DNA of 64,000 nucleotides from Dehalococcoidia bacterium. GTDB lineage: Bacteria; Chloroflexota; Dehalococcoidia; SHYD01. The position numbers were made by a program, and so were the translations under genes. The notes below the pieces were generated by a model. The model was not told the DNA's origin. It was given only the letters and a program-made list of their open reading frames with translations, and did not search any database. The stretch is from positions 2,206,914-2,270,913 of the forward strand of contig OZ253478.1 in assembly GCA_965261835.1 (NCBI GenBank), written 5' to 3'. The first letter of the stretch is position 1. The number at the start of each line of letters is the position of its first letter. This document shows, piece by piece, positions 1 to 7,946 of this stretch.

Positions 1-2100
1 CCGTGCTGATTGAGCACGCTCCAGGGGTCAACCACGTTGCCCCGTGACTTGCTCATCTTTTCGCCCTTGCCGTCCTGGATCAGGCCCAGGCAGATCACGT
101 TCCGGTAGCTGATAGGGTAGGAGACCAGGTCGGGCCGGGCGCCGTTCAGCAGCGTTGCCAGGGCATGCAGCGTGTAGAACCAACCGCGCGTTTGATCCAC
201 CGCCTCGCAGATGTAATCCGCCGGGAACCAGCGCTGGAAGGTTTCCGCGTTCTCAAATGGGACGTGCCACTGGGCGTAGGGCATAGCCCCGGAGTCGAAC
301 CAGGCGTCTAGCACCTCCGGCAGGCGCCGCATGGCGCCGCCGCACTCCGTGCAGTCAAAGGTCACCGCGTCCACGTAGGGGCGATGCAGGTCTAGATCGT
401 CGGTGAAGCCCTGTGCTCCCGGCCTACCACGCAGCTCTTCTCGGCTGCCCAGGCACTTGTGCGCGCCGCAGTGCTCGCACTGCCACACCGGCAGTGGCGT
501 ACCCCAATAACGCTCACGGGAAATGGCCCAGTCCACGTTGTTCTCCAGCCAGTCGCCAAAACGGCCCTCCCGAATGTGCTCCGGGTACCAGTGGATCTGG
601 GCGTTGCCGTCTATCAGCTGCTGCTTTAGCGCAGTGGTGCGGATGTACCATGAGGTCTTCACGTAGTACAGCAACGGCGTGTTGCAGCGCCAGCAGAAGG
701 GGTACGTATGGGTAATGGTGGCCGCGCGGTGCAGCAGCCCCCGTTCCCGCAGGTCTCTCGTGATCAGCGGATCTGCTTCTTTCACAAACATGCCGCTGAA
801 GGCCGTGGGACACTCCTGAATCTCGCCCTTCAGGTCGACATGCTGCACGAAGAACAACCCCTCAGCTTTGCCGATCTCGAAGTCGTCCTCCCCAAACGCT
901 GGAGCGATGTGCACCACTCCAGTGCCGTCTTCCCCGTCTTCTACTGAGACGAACCCACCGCCGATAACAGGATACGTGAGCGCATCGCCCACTGGATGCT
1001 GATAGGCGGTCAGTTCGAGCTGCCGCGGGCCGCCGTCACCAAAACGCATTATCTGGAAACCCATTGCGGTTGGATCGTAGAGCGGCCGGTAGCGGTAGCC
1101 CACGAGGTCACGGCCCGGCACCGTAGCCAGCACCGAGTAGTCTTCGGCTTGGAGCGCCCGGGGCAGCAGCGCCGCCGCCAACACCACACGCTCCCTATCC
1201 GCCGCTGGCGGTGAGCTTGGCCCGTCCTCAGCCTGCCGCGGGACACCATCAACGGCTCCTCCTTCAACGGGCTCAGGATGAGCAACCGCTCGTTCTACCA
1301 CTACATAGTCCGCTTCGGGCGCTACTGCCGCCGCGGTGTTGCCGGGTAGGGTCCACGGAGTAGTGGTCCATGCCATGATGTAGCTGGGCACGCCGTCGCC
1401 GAAGAGCAGCCGGTCCAACTCCTGCCGGTTCGCATGATCGCCGTGCTCGGGATGCGCCGCCAGCCGAAACTTCACGTACACCGATGGGTCCACGGTATCG
1501 TCGTTGTATCCCAGCGCCACTTCATGGGAGCTGAGGGAGGTGCCGCAGCGCGGACAATGGGGCGTGGTCTTATAGCCCAAGTACACCAGGTCAGCATCCC
1601 AGAGCTGCTTGATGATCCACCAGCAGGTTTCCACGTACTCATTGTGGAACGTAACGTACGCCTGCTCCGTATCGATCCAGAAGCCGATACGATCCGTCAT
1701 CCGCTCCCATTCCTTGATGTAGCGGAACACCGACTCCCGGCATTTCTGGTTGAAGCGCTCAATGCCGTACTCCTCGATCTCGCGCTTGCTGGACATGCCC
1801 AACTCCCGCTCTACCTCCAGCTCCACGGGCAGCCCGTGGGTGTCCCAGCCGCCCTTACGTGGGACTTGAAAGCCCTGCATGGTCTTATAGCGAGGGATGA
1901 TGTCCTTAAATACCCGCGCCAAGACGTGGTGAATGCCCGGCACCCCATTAGCCGTTGGAGGCCCTTCGTAGATGGTGAACTGGGGCGCTCCCTCGCGTTC
2001 CGCCACAGTCTTGCGGAAGATCTCGTGTCGGCTCCAGAACTGGAGAATCCGTTCCTCCAGTTGCGGGAAGCGCACGCTGCTGTCTACGGGTGTGAACATG
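1..2100 (-). CDS. ileS: Isoleucyl-tRNA synthetase, N-terminal ~700 codons (3' end lies beyond the left window edge)
   Basis: Absent from the ORF track because there is no stop inside the window. Reverse-strand translation from ATG 2100..2098 reads MFTPVDSSVRFPQLEERILQFWSRHEIF...YEGPPTANGVPGIHH (HIGH-type motif)...WRCNTPLLYY...KMSKSRGNVVDP (KMSKS motif, encoded near 40..60). The frame is open to position 1. Plus-strand ORFs 413..2168 are antisense or out-of-frame artefacts. Confidence 0.9.
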
Positions 2101-2235
2101 GCCTGCTCCAAGATTTGAGGTTACTCCGATTGGTACTTATAGAGCTCAAGGTCTACTCCGGGGATTAGCTGGCTGTCTATTGCCACAGGCATCACGCCCA
2201 CCGCAACCATGCGTGCTCACGAGACTCCCGGGCAA

Positions 2236-2495
2236 ATAAAAAACTCCGCGTCCCTCAGGGACGGGAGTTCTCCCGCGGTACCACCCTACTTCTTACATTA
2301 AGTAAGCACTCAGCCGACGCTGTCACGCCGCTACCGGGATAACGGGCGGCACACCCGACCAGGTCTACTCGGCGTCTATCGCCTTTCGGCTGGCAACTCA
2401 GGAGGGATCTCACTCGCTTTAAGCCCGTCCGCTCACACCATCTCGGACTCGCTGAGGGCACTCCAGCGGCTACTAAGCTCCGTCACAGCTTTACG
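2236..2495 (-). promoter_or_regulatory. T-box riboswitch leader of ileS with intrinsic terminator
   Basis: The minus strand contains the T-box core AGGGTGGTACCGCGGGAG (plus 2270..2287). It is followed by hairpin CTCCCGTCCC-TGA-GGGACGCGGAG and a T6 run (plus 2238..2268). Upstream there is a Stem-I-like distal motif GAGATGGTGTGAGCGGAC and an AGTA element. A candidate AUC (Ile) specifier lies at plus 2406..2408, within GAGAUCC next to the closing helix GGAG/CTCC. Confidence 0.75.
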
Positions 2496-2501
2496 GGTAC
2501 A

Positions 2502-2530
2502 ACACTACTTCGCTGAACCGTTACTGTCAA
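2502..2530 (-). promoter_or_regulatory. Candidate sigma-70-type promoter for the ileS T-box leader
   Basis: Minus strand reads TTGACA (plus 2525..2530), a 17-nt spacer, then TAGTGT (plus 2502..2507). It sits immediately upstream of the T-box leader. Confidence 0.4.
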
Positions 2531-2541
2531 TAACTGTGCGG

Positions 2542-2593
2542 TTAAAAACACTGAAGCTGAGGATTGCCATTTACGGCAATCCTCAGCTTCAGT
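2542..2593 (-). terminator. Intrinsic terminator downstream of amtB-glnK
   Basis: Perfect 19-bp inverted repeat ACTGAAGCTGAGGATTGCC / GGCAATCCTCAGCTTCAGT (2550..2568 and 2575..2593) with a 6-nt loop. On the minus strand it is followed by GTTTTTAAC. It lies about 120 nt downstream of the glnK stop. Confidence 0.75.
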
Positions 2594-2715
2594 CAATATC
2601 CAGTCAGGCGAGTGAGCATCTATAGGTCGAAATGCTCACCCGTTTGTTGGTTCATGCGGCCGATGCGGCGTTTGGTCTTTCGGCCACGCCATCTTGTACT
2701 GCCCCGTGGAGACAG

Positions 2716-3069
2716 TTACACCGCGGCTTCGCCAACTTCACCGGACCGAACTCTTACCGCATCCGTCACCGGGGACACAAATATCTTGCCGTCCCCAATT
2801 TCACCATCACCTTCGCTACGAGCGGCTTCAATGATGGCCGTGATGACCGCGTCTTTCATGTCGTCGGTTACTACGGTGCGGATCAACGTCTTCGGGACCG
2901 AAGACCGCGATTCCATTTGGCCGCTCCGGCCCACAAAGACCTCCACACCACGCTGCTGGCCCTGGCCTGTGATGTTCACGTAGTAAAAACCACGGCAGCC
3001 GGCCGCCTCCAACGCCTGTGCAACCACGTGCACTCGCTCTGGCCGGACAATCGCCTCAATGCTGATCAT
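2716..3069 (-). CDS. glnK: P-II family nitrogen regulatory protein (GlnK-like)
   Basis: 117 aa, MISIEAIVRPERV...GDGKIFVSPVTDAVRVRSGE. This is the P-II fold signature (GDGKIFV, RxRTGE-like C-terminus). The gene is immediately downstream of an ammonium transporter gene. Confidence 0.9.
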   Translation of the reverse strand: MISIEAIVRPERVHVVAQALEAAGCRGFYYVNITGQGQQRGVEVFVGRSGQMESRSSVPKTLIRTVVTDDMKDAVITAIIEAARSEGDGEIGDGKIFVSPVTDAVRVRSGEVGEAAV

Positions 3070-3139
3070 ATGGCCCCCTTTGCTGTGACCGAGAACTTAT
3101 GCAAGCAAACTTAATTTCGAACTCGGATGGAGCGTGACG

Positions 3140-4402
3140 CTAGTCCGCTCCATCCTGCACATACCCTCGCTCGCCGTGGGCGGTGATATCCAGTCCTCGC
3201 GCTTCATCATTAGCTGAGGCACGGATGCCCAGGCCAGGTATGATGTCAAGAACTTTCAGGATAATTATCGTTACCACGCCGGAATAGACGAGTGTCGCCA
3301 CCACGCCGATGGCCTGGATGCCCAACTGATTCGGATTACCTTCCAGCAACCCCGCCGTCCCACCAATTGCCTCAACTGCGAAGATTCCCGTGGCCAGGGC
3401 GCCCCAGATACCGCCGATGCCATGGATGGCAAACACGTCCAGCGCATCATCCAGCCCGGTCCGCGGACGCAGCAACACGGCGAAGTAGGCAAGAACGCCC
3501 ACGACAATGCCAATGGCCAGCGCGCCCATAACGTTTACATACCCCGCCGCGGGAGTTATGGCTACAAGGCCGGCAACCGCGCCAGTGGCCACACCCACCA
3601 CGCTCATGCGTCGGTTCTGAATCTGCGAGAGAATTCCCCAAGTCAAGGCGCCGGCGGCAGCGGCAGTGTTGGTAACTAGCAGCGCGTTCACTGCCTGACC
3701 GTTAGCCGCGAGGCCGGACCCGGCGTTGAAACCAAACCAACCGAACCAGAGCAGCGCTGCGCCCAGCACCACAAAAGGTACGTTATGGGGCTCAACGCCA
3801 GGATCTCGCCGCTTACCCAGGAGCCAGGCCGCTGCCAGAGCCGCGATACCGGCATTGATGTGCACCACCGTGCCGCCCGCGAAGTCCAACGCTCCCAGCT
3901 CGAATAGCCAACCGGTCCCTGCCCATACCCAGTGCGCAATGGGCGCATAGACCAAAGTTACCCACAACACCAAGAACACTAGATAGGTGGTGAACTTAAA
4001 CCGTTCTACAAACGCCCCCGTGATAAGCGCCGGGGTAATGATAGCGAACATCATCTGAAACACTACGAACAGTAGCGTAGGGATAGTGCCGCTTTCCGAG
4101 TCAATCCCAATCCCTGCTAGGCCGAGAGCTGTGAGATCACCGATATACGCGTTGCCATCGCCAAAGGCGAGGCTGTAGCCCCACAACACCCAGACTATAC
4201 TGACTACCGCTATGCTGATGAAGCTGAGCATGATGGTGCTGACAACGTTCCTGCCACGCACCAACCCCCCATAGAAGAACGCCAGCCCTGGCGTCATGAG
4301 CAGAACTAAGGCCGAGGCTACCAGCAACCATGCGGTATCCCCCGTATCGATGGCGGCCGGGACATATGACCCAGCACCCAAATGCGTTGGTACAGCAACC
4401 AT
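3140..4402 (-). CDS. amtB: Ammonium transporter (Amt family)
   Basis: Polytopic membrane protein with Amt motifs: LMTPGLAFFYGGLVR, DFAGGTVVHINAG, FGWFGFNAGS, DDALDVFAIHGIGGIWG. I prefer ATG at 4402 (MVAVPTHLG...), preceded by GGAGAGGAGAAGAGAAGT, over the ORF-track start at 4477. Confidence 0.9.
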   Translation of the reverse strand: MVAVPTHLGAGSYVPAAIDTGDTAWLLVASALVLLMTPGLAFFYGGLVRGRNVVSTIMLSFISIAVVSIVWVLWGYSLAFGDGNAYIGDLTALGLAGIGIDSESGTIPTLLFVVFQMMFAIITPALITGAFVERFKFTTYLVFLVLWVTLVYAPIAHWVWAGTGWLFELGALDFAGGTVVHINAGIAALAAAWLLGKRRDPGVEPHNVPFVVLGAALLWFGWFGFNAGSGLAANGQAVNALLVTNTAAAAGALTWGILSQIQNRRMSVVGVATGAVAGLVAITPAAGYVNVMGALAIGIVVGVLAYFAVLLRPRTGLDDALDVFAIHGIGGIWGALATGIFAVEAIGGTAGLLEGNPNQLGIQAIGVVATLVYSGVVTIIILKVLDIIPGLGIRASANDEARGLDITAHGERGYVQDGAD

Positions 4403-4496
4403 ACTTCTCTTCTCCTCTCCCCAGGATGCTAAAGGACTCCAACGATATTCGCAAGACACGGTTGCGCCTTGTCTCACAAAAGTCTACGACCGTCCC

Positions 4497-4534
4497 ATTT
4501 CTTTCAGGTTACGAGGATATTACAAACGCGTAAC
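4497..4534 (-). promoter_or_regulatory. Candidate nitrogen-regulator operator: four 5-mers with 11-nt periodicity (GlnR-box-like)
   Basis: Minus strand reads GTTAC-N6-GTAAT-N6-GTAAC-N6-GAAAT, about 95 nt upstream of the amtB ATG. The pattern resembles the actinobacterial OmpR-type GlnR a-site/b-site consensus gTnAc-n6-GaAAc, duplicated. Confidence 0.35.
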
Positions 4535-4582
4535 ACTTAACGCCCTCTCCGATGGGCATCAAGCGCAACAGGGGAAGGGACG

Positions 4583-6643
4583 TTAGCGGCTGCTTTGACG
4601 CGAGGTAACGGGTAGGTATTGGAAGTTTGAGGGCCATGAAATCTCGGTGGGCGTGGGGGGGATGACCGTTGCCGTCGGCGTGGGTGTCCGGGTTGCCGTT
4701 GGCTCGGGAGTTCGGGTGCCAGTGGGGGTAGCGGTGGGCACGCGGGTTGCCGTTGGCACCGGCGTAGGCGCGGGCGTTGGAGTGGCCACTGGAGTAACGT
4801 CTGGGGCACTGCCCAACTGCAATCTACCGCTGCCCACTAAGTTGTTCTTTGACTGCTGCTCAATGCGCAGGGCACGCGCCTCCAGGAACGCCTGCACGTC
4901 AACCAGGCTGTAGTCAGGGTATGCGGAAAGCACCAGCGCCGCCGCGCCTGCAACATAGGGCACCGACGCGGAGGTCCCGGGGAACCCGAAGGGTCCATAG
5001 GTTACCGTGGTCACCGCATCGGGCGCTACAATATCGGGCTTGATCCGCCCGTCTCCCGTTGGGCCGCGGGAGCTGTAGCTTTCCAAGCGTTCAAAGCCAT
5101 TAGTAGCCCCTACCGTGAACGAGCCGCGGGCGCTGCCAGGACTCACTACGCTCCCAGCAGGCTGGCCTTCCTCAAAGTCGTGCACCAAGCTGATTAGACG
5201 AAACTGGACCGGCTTTGTGCCCTCCTGCCGTTTGATTGCCAAATAATACCGACCTCTGGGAGCGAAGAAAGACAGAATGCTCTCCACTGGTGGCTGATCG
5301 CCAGTTTGAGCGCTGTCTGAGTACCCCATTAGGTGAAGAGTGCCGCCAACGCCCTCCCAGAAGTAGTACATTCCAAAATCCTCTTCTGTATCCGGCCAAT
5401 CATTCCAGCTGAGGATAAAGGCCGCCACCTCACCCGCGCCCACATCCACCGGCAACAGGTTGCTCCCGTTCCCAAAATCCACCCAACCATCGCCAGCAGG
5501 ATCGCCGTCAACATCGCCAGCAGCATCGCCGTCAGCACTGTCCTGAGATAACCCCTGCCAGTGGCTGGCGCCATAGTTACCGGCCGCGTTGACCCACAGG
5601 ACTCCCCGAGCATGCGCTCGATCTACGATCTCGTCGATCAGGCCTGAGCCATCAGTGGGCGCCGCCAGCACGCCAATCGAAAAGGAGACAACCTGCACAC
5701 CCTCCTCAATCAGCCAATCGACGGCGTGGCCCAACTCCACCTCGGTGGAAACGGTAACCAGGTACATTGTGGCATCCGGAGCGACTTCCGTGAGCAACTC
5801 GGCAATTGCGGTGCCGTGGCTGGTATTGAAGTCCACGTCCTCCTTGTCCTCCACATCCTCTACGAAGGACCGTGTGATAACCTGCGCCGGTAACTCCGTG
5901 CCAAGCAGATCCTTGTACCGCCGAAATCCGAGGTCGATGATTGCAACCTTGGCGCCTTGGCCATAGAACCCTTGGGCATGCCAGGCCTCGGTGCCGATGA
6001 GACGTTTTCCTTCACTTATCACGGATTCAGTAGTCTGTGGATAAAGACCCAGCGGCCGCCGCACAAAGCGCACGTCCGGGATGTCCGCTATCTGGGTTAA
6101 TCGGTCCACTGGCGTCTGGACCTGGATCAGCTGCGCATAGCTGCCCTGTACATGCACGCCCAGCGCCCCCAGGGCGCGCTTCACAGCCTGCACTTGGCCA
6201 TCGCGGACTTCCACAATGGCTTTTAGCTGGTCATCTTGGAGCGGCACACCGCGCCAGATGGCAAGCCGGGTGAGGTTCTGGCGATTCCGCTGAGCAACAA
6301 CCAACTGGCTTAGCACAGACTCCAGCTTGGGGTTGATGGTACCGGGTGGCGGGACGTAATCCTCCACCTGCTCCAAGGGCCCGCTCAACGGCTGGAGCGG
6401 CGTCATCGCTGCACGTTGGAGCGCTAAATCGCTTTGAAAGCGGTTTACTAGGTACGCCGCTGCCGGTGGAACTGCGGGAGCGGGCGCCGTAGCCTGCGCG
6501 GCCACAAAAGCACTCACCGGCGCACCAGCAAGGAGTACACAGATCCCGGCGGCAATCAACAACACCCGGACGCGGGGACGCCCCTGAATCTTCGCCAAGA
6601 AACCGCGGGGCGCCTGCTTGCTCTCGGAACGATTAGCCGTCAC
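4583..6643 (-). CDS. Secreted subtilisin-like serine protease (peptidase S8) with C-terminal Pro/Thr-rich tail
   Basis: N-terminal signal/TM segment (VRVLLIAAGICVLLAGAPVSAF). Catalytic triad contexts are VAIIDLGF (Asp), TSHGTAIAELL (His) and GTSASVPYVAGAAAL (Ser). The C-terminal low-complexity stretch TPVATPTPAPTPVPTATRVPTATPTGTRTPEPTATRTPTPTATVIPPTPT is encoded at roughly 4646..4805. Confidence 0.85.
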   Translation of the reverse strand: MTANRSESKQAPRGFLAKIQGRPRVRVLLIAAGICVLLAGAPVSAFVAAQATAPAPAVPPAAAYLVNRFQSDLALQRAAMTPLQPLSGPLEQVEDYVPPPGTINPKLESVLSQLVVAQRNRQNLTRLAIWRGVPLQDDQLKAIVEVRDGQVQAVKRALGALGVHVQGSYAQLIQVQTPVDRLTQIADIPDVRFVRRPLGLYPQTTESVISEGKRLIGTEAWHAQGFYGQGAKVAIIDLGFRRYKDLLGTELPAQVITRSFVEDVEDKEDVDFNTSHGTAIAELLTEVAPDATMYLVTVSTEVELGHAVDWLIEEGVQVVSFSIGVLAAPTDGSGLIDEIVDRAHARGVLWVNAAGNYGASHWQGLSQDSADGDAAGDVDGDPAGDGWVDFGNGSNLLPVDVGAGEVAAFILSWNDWPDTEEDFGMYYFWEGVGGTLHLMGYSDSAQTGDQPPVESILSFFAPRGRYYLAIKRQEGTKPVQFRLISLVHDFEEGQPAGSVVSPGSARGSFTVGATNGFERLESYSSRGPTGDGRIKPDIVAPDAVTTVTYGPFGFPGTSASVPYVAGAAALVLSAYPDYSLVDVQAFLEARALRIEQQSKNNLVGSGRLQLGSAPDVTPVATPTPAPTPVPTATRVPTATPTGTRTPEPTATRTPTPTATVIPPTPTEISWPSNFQYLPVTSRQSSR

Positions 6644-7787
6644 TAGGAAGCTCTTCCAACAGCACCGTAACCTGTTGCTGTTGACCGTCTCGCAGATAGC
6701 CCACGTCTACCTGTTCACCCGGTTGATGATCGCGGATCGCGGCAATCAGGGTGGGCACGCCGCTAATCGGATTCCCGTCCAGTGACACAATAACGTCCTG
6801 CGCACGGAGGCCAGCCTTGTCCGCCGGGCCGTTCTCAACCAACGCGGAGATGAATGCGCCTTCAACCGGCGGTATCCCCAATCGGTTGGCAATAACTGGG
6901 CTCATTGTACCAACATTGACCCCAATATAGGCACGCACCACTCGGCCCTTCTGAATAAGCTCTTCAATGATGGGCCGTGCGGAGTTAATGCTGATGGCAA
7001 AGCCAATACCCTGGCCCCGAGTGTCAATAGCTGTATTGATGCCAACAACCTCCCCCGCCATATTGATAAGCGGGCCCCCACTGTTACCGGGATTGATGGC
7101 TGCGTCCGTCTGAATGAGGTCATCCAGCCTGGAGCCCCTGGACTCTCGGATGGAACGGCCGGTAGCGCCAACTACGCCAGCGGTCACCGTCGGGCCGCCA
7201 GTCAACCCCAGCGCGTTGCCAATAGCCACTACCCAATCGCCCACACTCACTTCATCCGAGTTACCCAGCCGTGCCGCCGGCAGGTTTGGTCCTTCGATTT
7301 TTAGTACTGCAAGGTCAGTTGGTCGATCGCTGCCCACCACCTTAGCGTTTTCAAAGGTACGGCCGTCGGGCAGTGTCACCTGGATGTTGTCCGCTCCTCG
7401 CACCACGTGGCTATTGGTAATGATGTGACCGCTGGAATCTAGCAACACGCCCGACCCCACCCCCTCTTGCTGCCCCGGCCGCATAAAGAAATCCAGCTCC
7501 AGATCGGTAGTGGCAATGAACACCACCGCCGGACGCACCGCTGCGGACACTTCGGCAATACTGGGCAAGGAATTGCCCACCGGCAGGGCAGTTGGCGCGG
7601 GCGGTTGAACAGCGGGGGCAGGTACCGTCACTGCGGTGGCATCCGCAGCACGTTGTGCGCTCAGGCGCTGGGCGGAGCCAGCTAGCGCGCAGCCTGTCCC
7701 AATCAACATGGTAACCAAAAGCAATGCAGCCAGGAAGGCGGACCGCTTTGTTCTAGAAATGGTTGGCTTATGTATACAGTGACCCAT
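6633..7787 (-). CDS. htrA: HtrA/DegP-family serine protease (S1C) with PDZ domain
   Basis: Signal/TM segment, then trypsin-like motifs TNSHVV, DLAVLK and GNSGGPLINMAGEVVGINTAI. A C-terminal PDZ-like region follows (GAFISALVENGPADKAGLRAQDVIVSLDG). Confidence 0.85.
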   Translation of the reverse strand: MGHCIHKPTISRTKRSAFLAALLLVTMLIGTGCALAGSAQRLSAQRAADATAVTVPAPAVQPPAPTALPVGNSLPSIAEVSAAVRPAVVFIATTDLELDFFMRPGQQEGVGSGVLLDSSGHIITNSHVVRGADNIQVTLPDGRTFENAKVVGSDRPTDLAVLKIEGPNLPAARLGNSDEVSVGDWVVAIGNALGLTGGPTVTAGVVGATGRSIRESRGSRLDDLIQTDAAINPGNSGGPLINMAGEVVGINTAIDTRGQGIGFAISINSARPIIEELIQKGRVVRAYIGVNVGTMSPVIANRLGIPPVEGAFISALVENGPADKAGLRAQDVIVSLDGNPISGVPTLIAAIRDHQPGEQVDVGYLRDGQQQQVTVLLEELPSDG

Positions 7788-7946
7788 ATCCTTACCCTGT
7801 GGTTAGTAATCGCGTACGGCGCAAACCGCCACTGATCACTACAACCACGAGACAAGAAGGGTTTCTATCAGAGGGCTATCCCGCCACCAATGGCAGTTGG
7901 AATGATAGCTTAAATCCCTTGGGGCGTCTACGACGGGACGCGGTAG

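Noticed and set aside
413-2168. Plus-strand ORFs in the track (413..715, 708..947, 996..1214, 1434..2168) and minus-strand ORFs (514..813, 1049..1285).
   Set aside because: They lie antisense to, or out of frame with, an uninterrupted minus-strand ileS reading frame carrying HIGH and KMSKS motifs. They are GC-rich-genome artefacts.
4646-4805. Repetitive ACN/CCN-rich DNA (also 7950..8230) considered as a CRISPR or non-coding tandem array.
   Set aside because: The repeats are in frame within the S8 protease and amidase genes and encode Pro/Thr linkers. There is no repeat-spacer architecture and no cas genes in the window.
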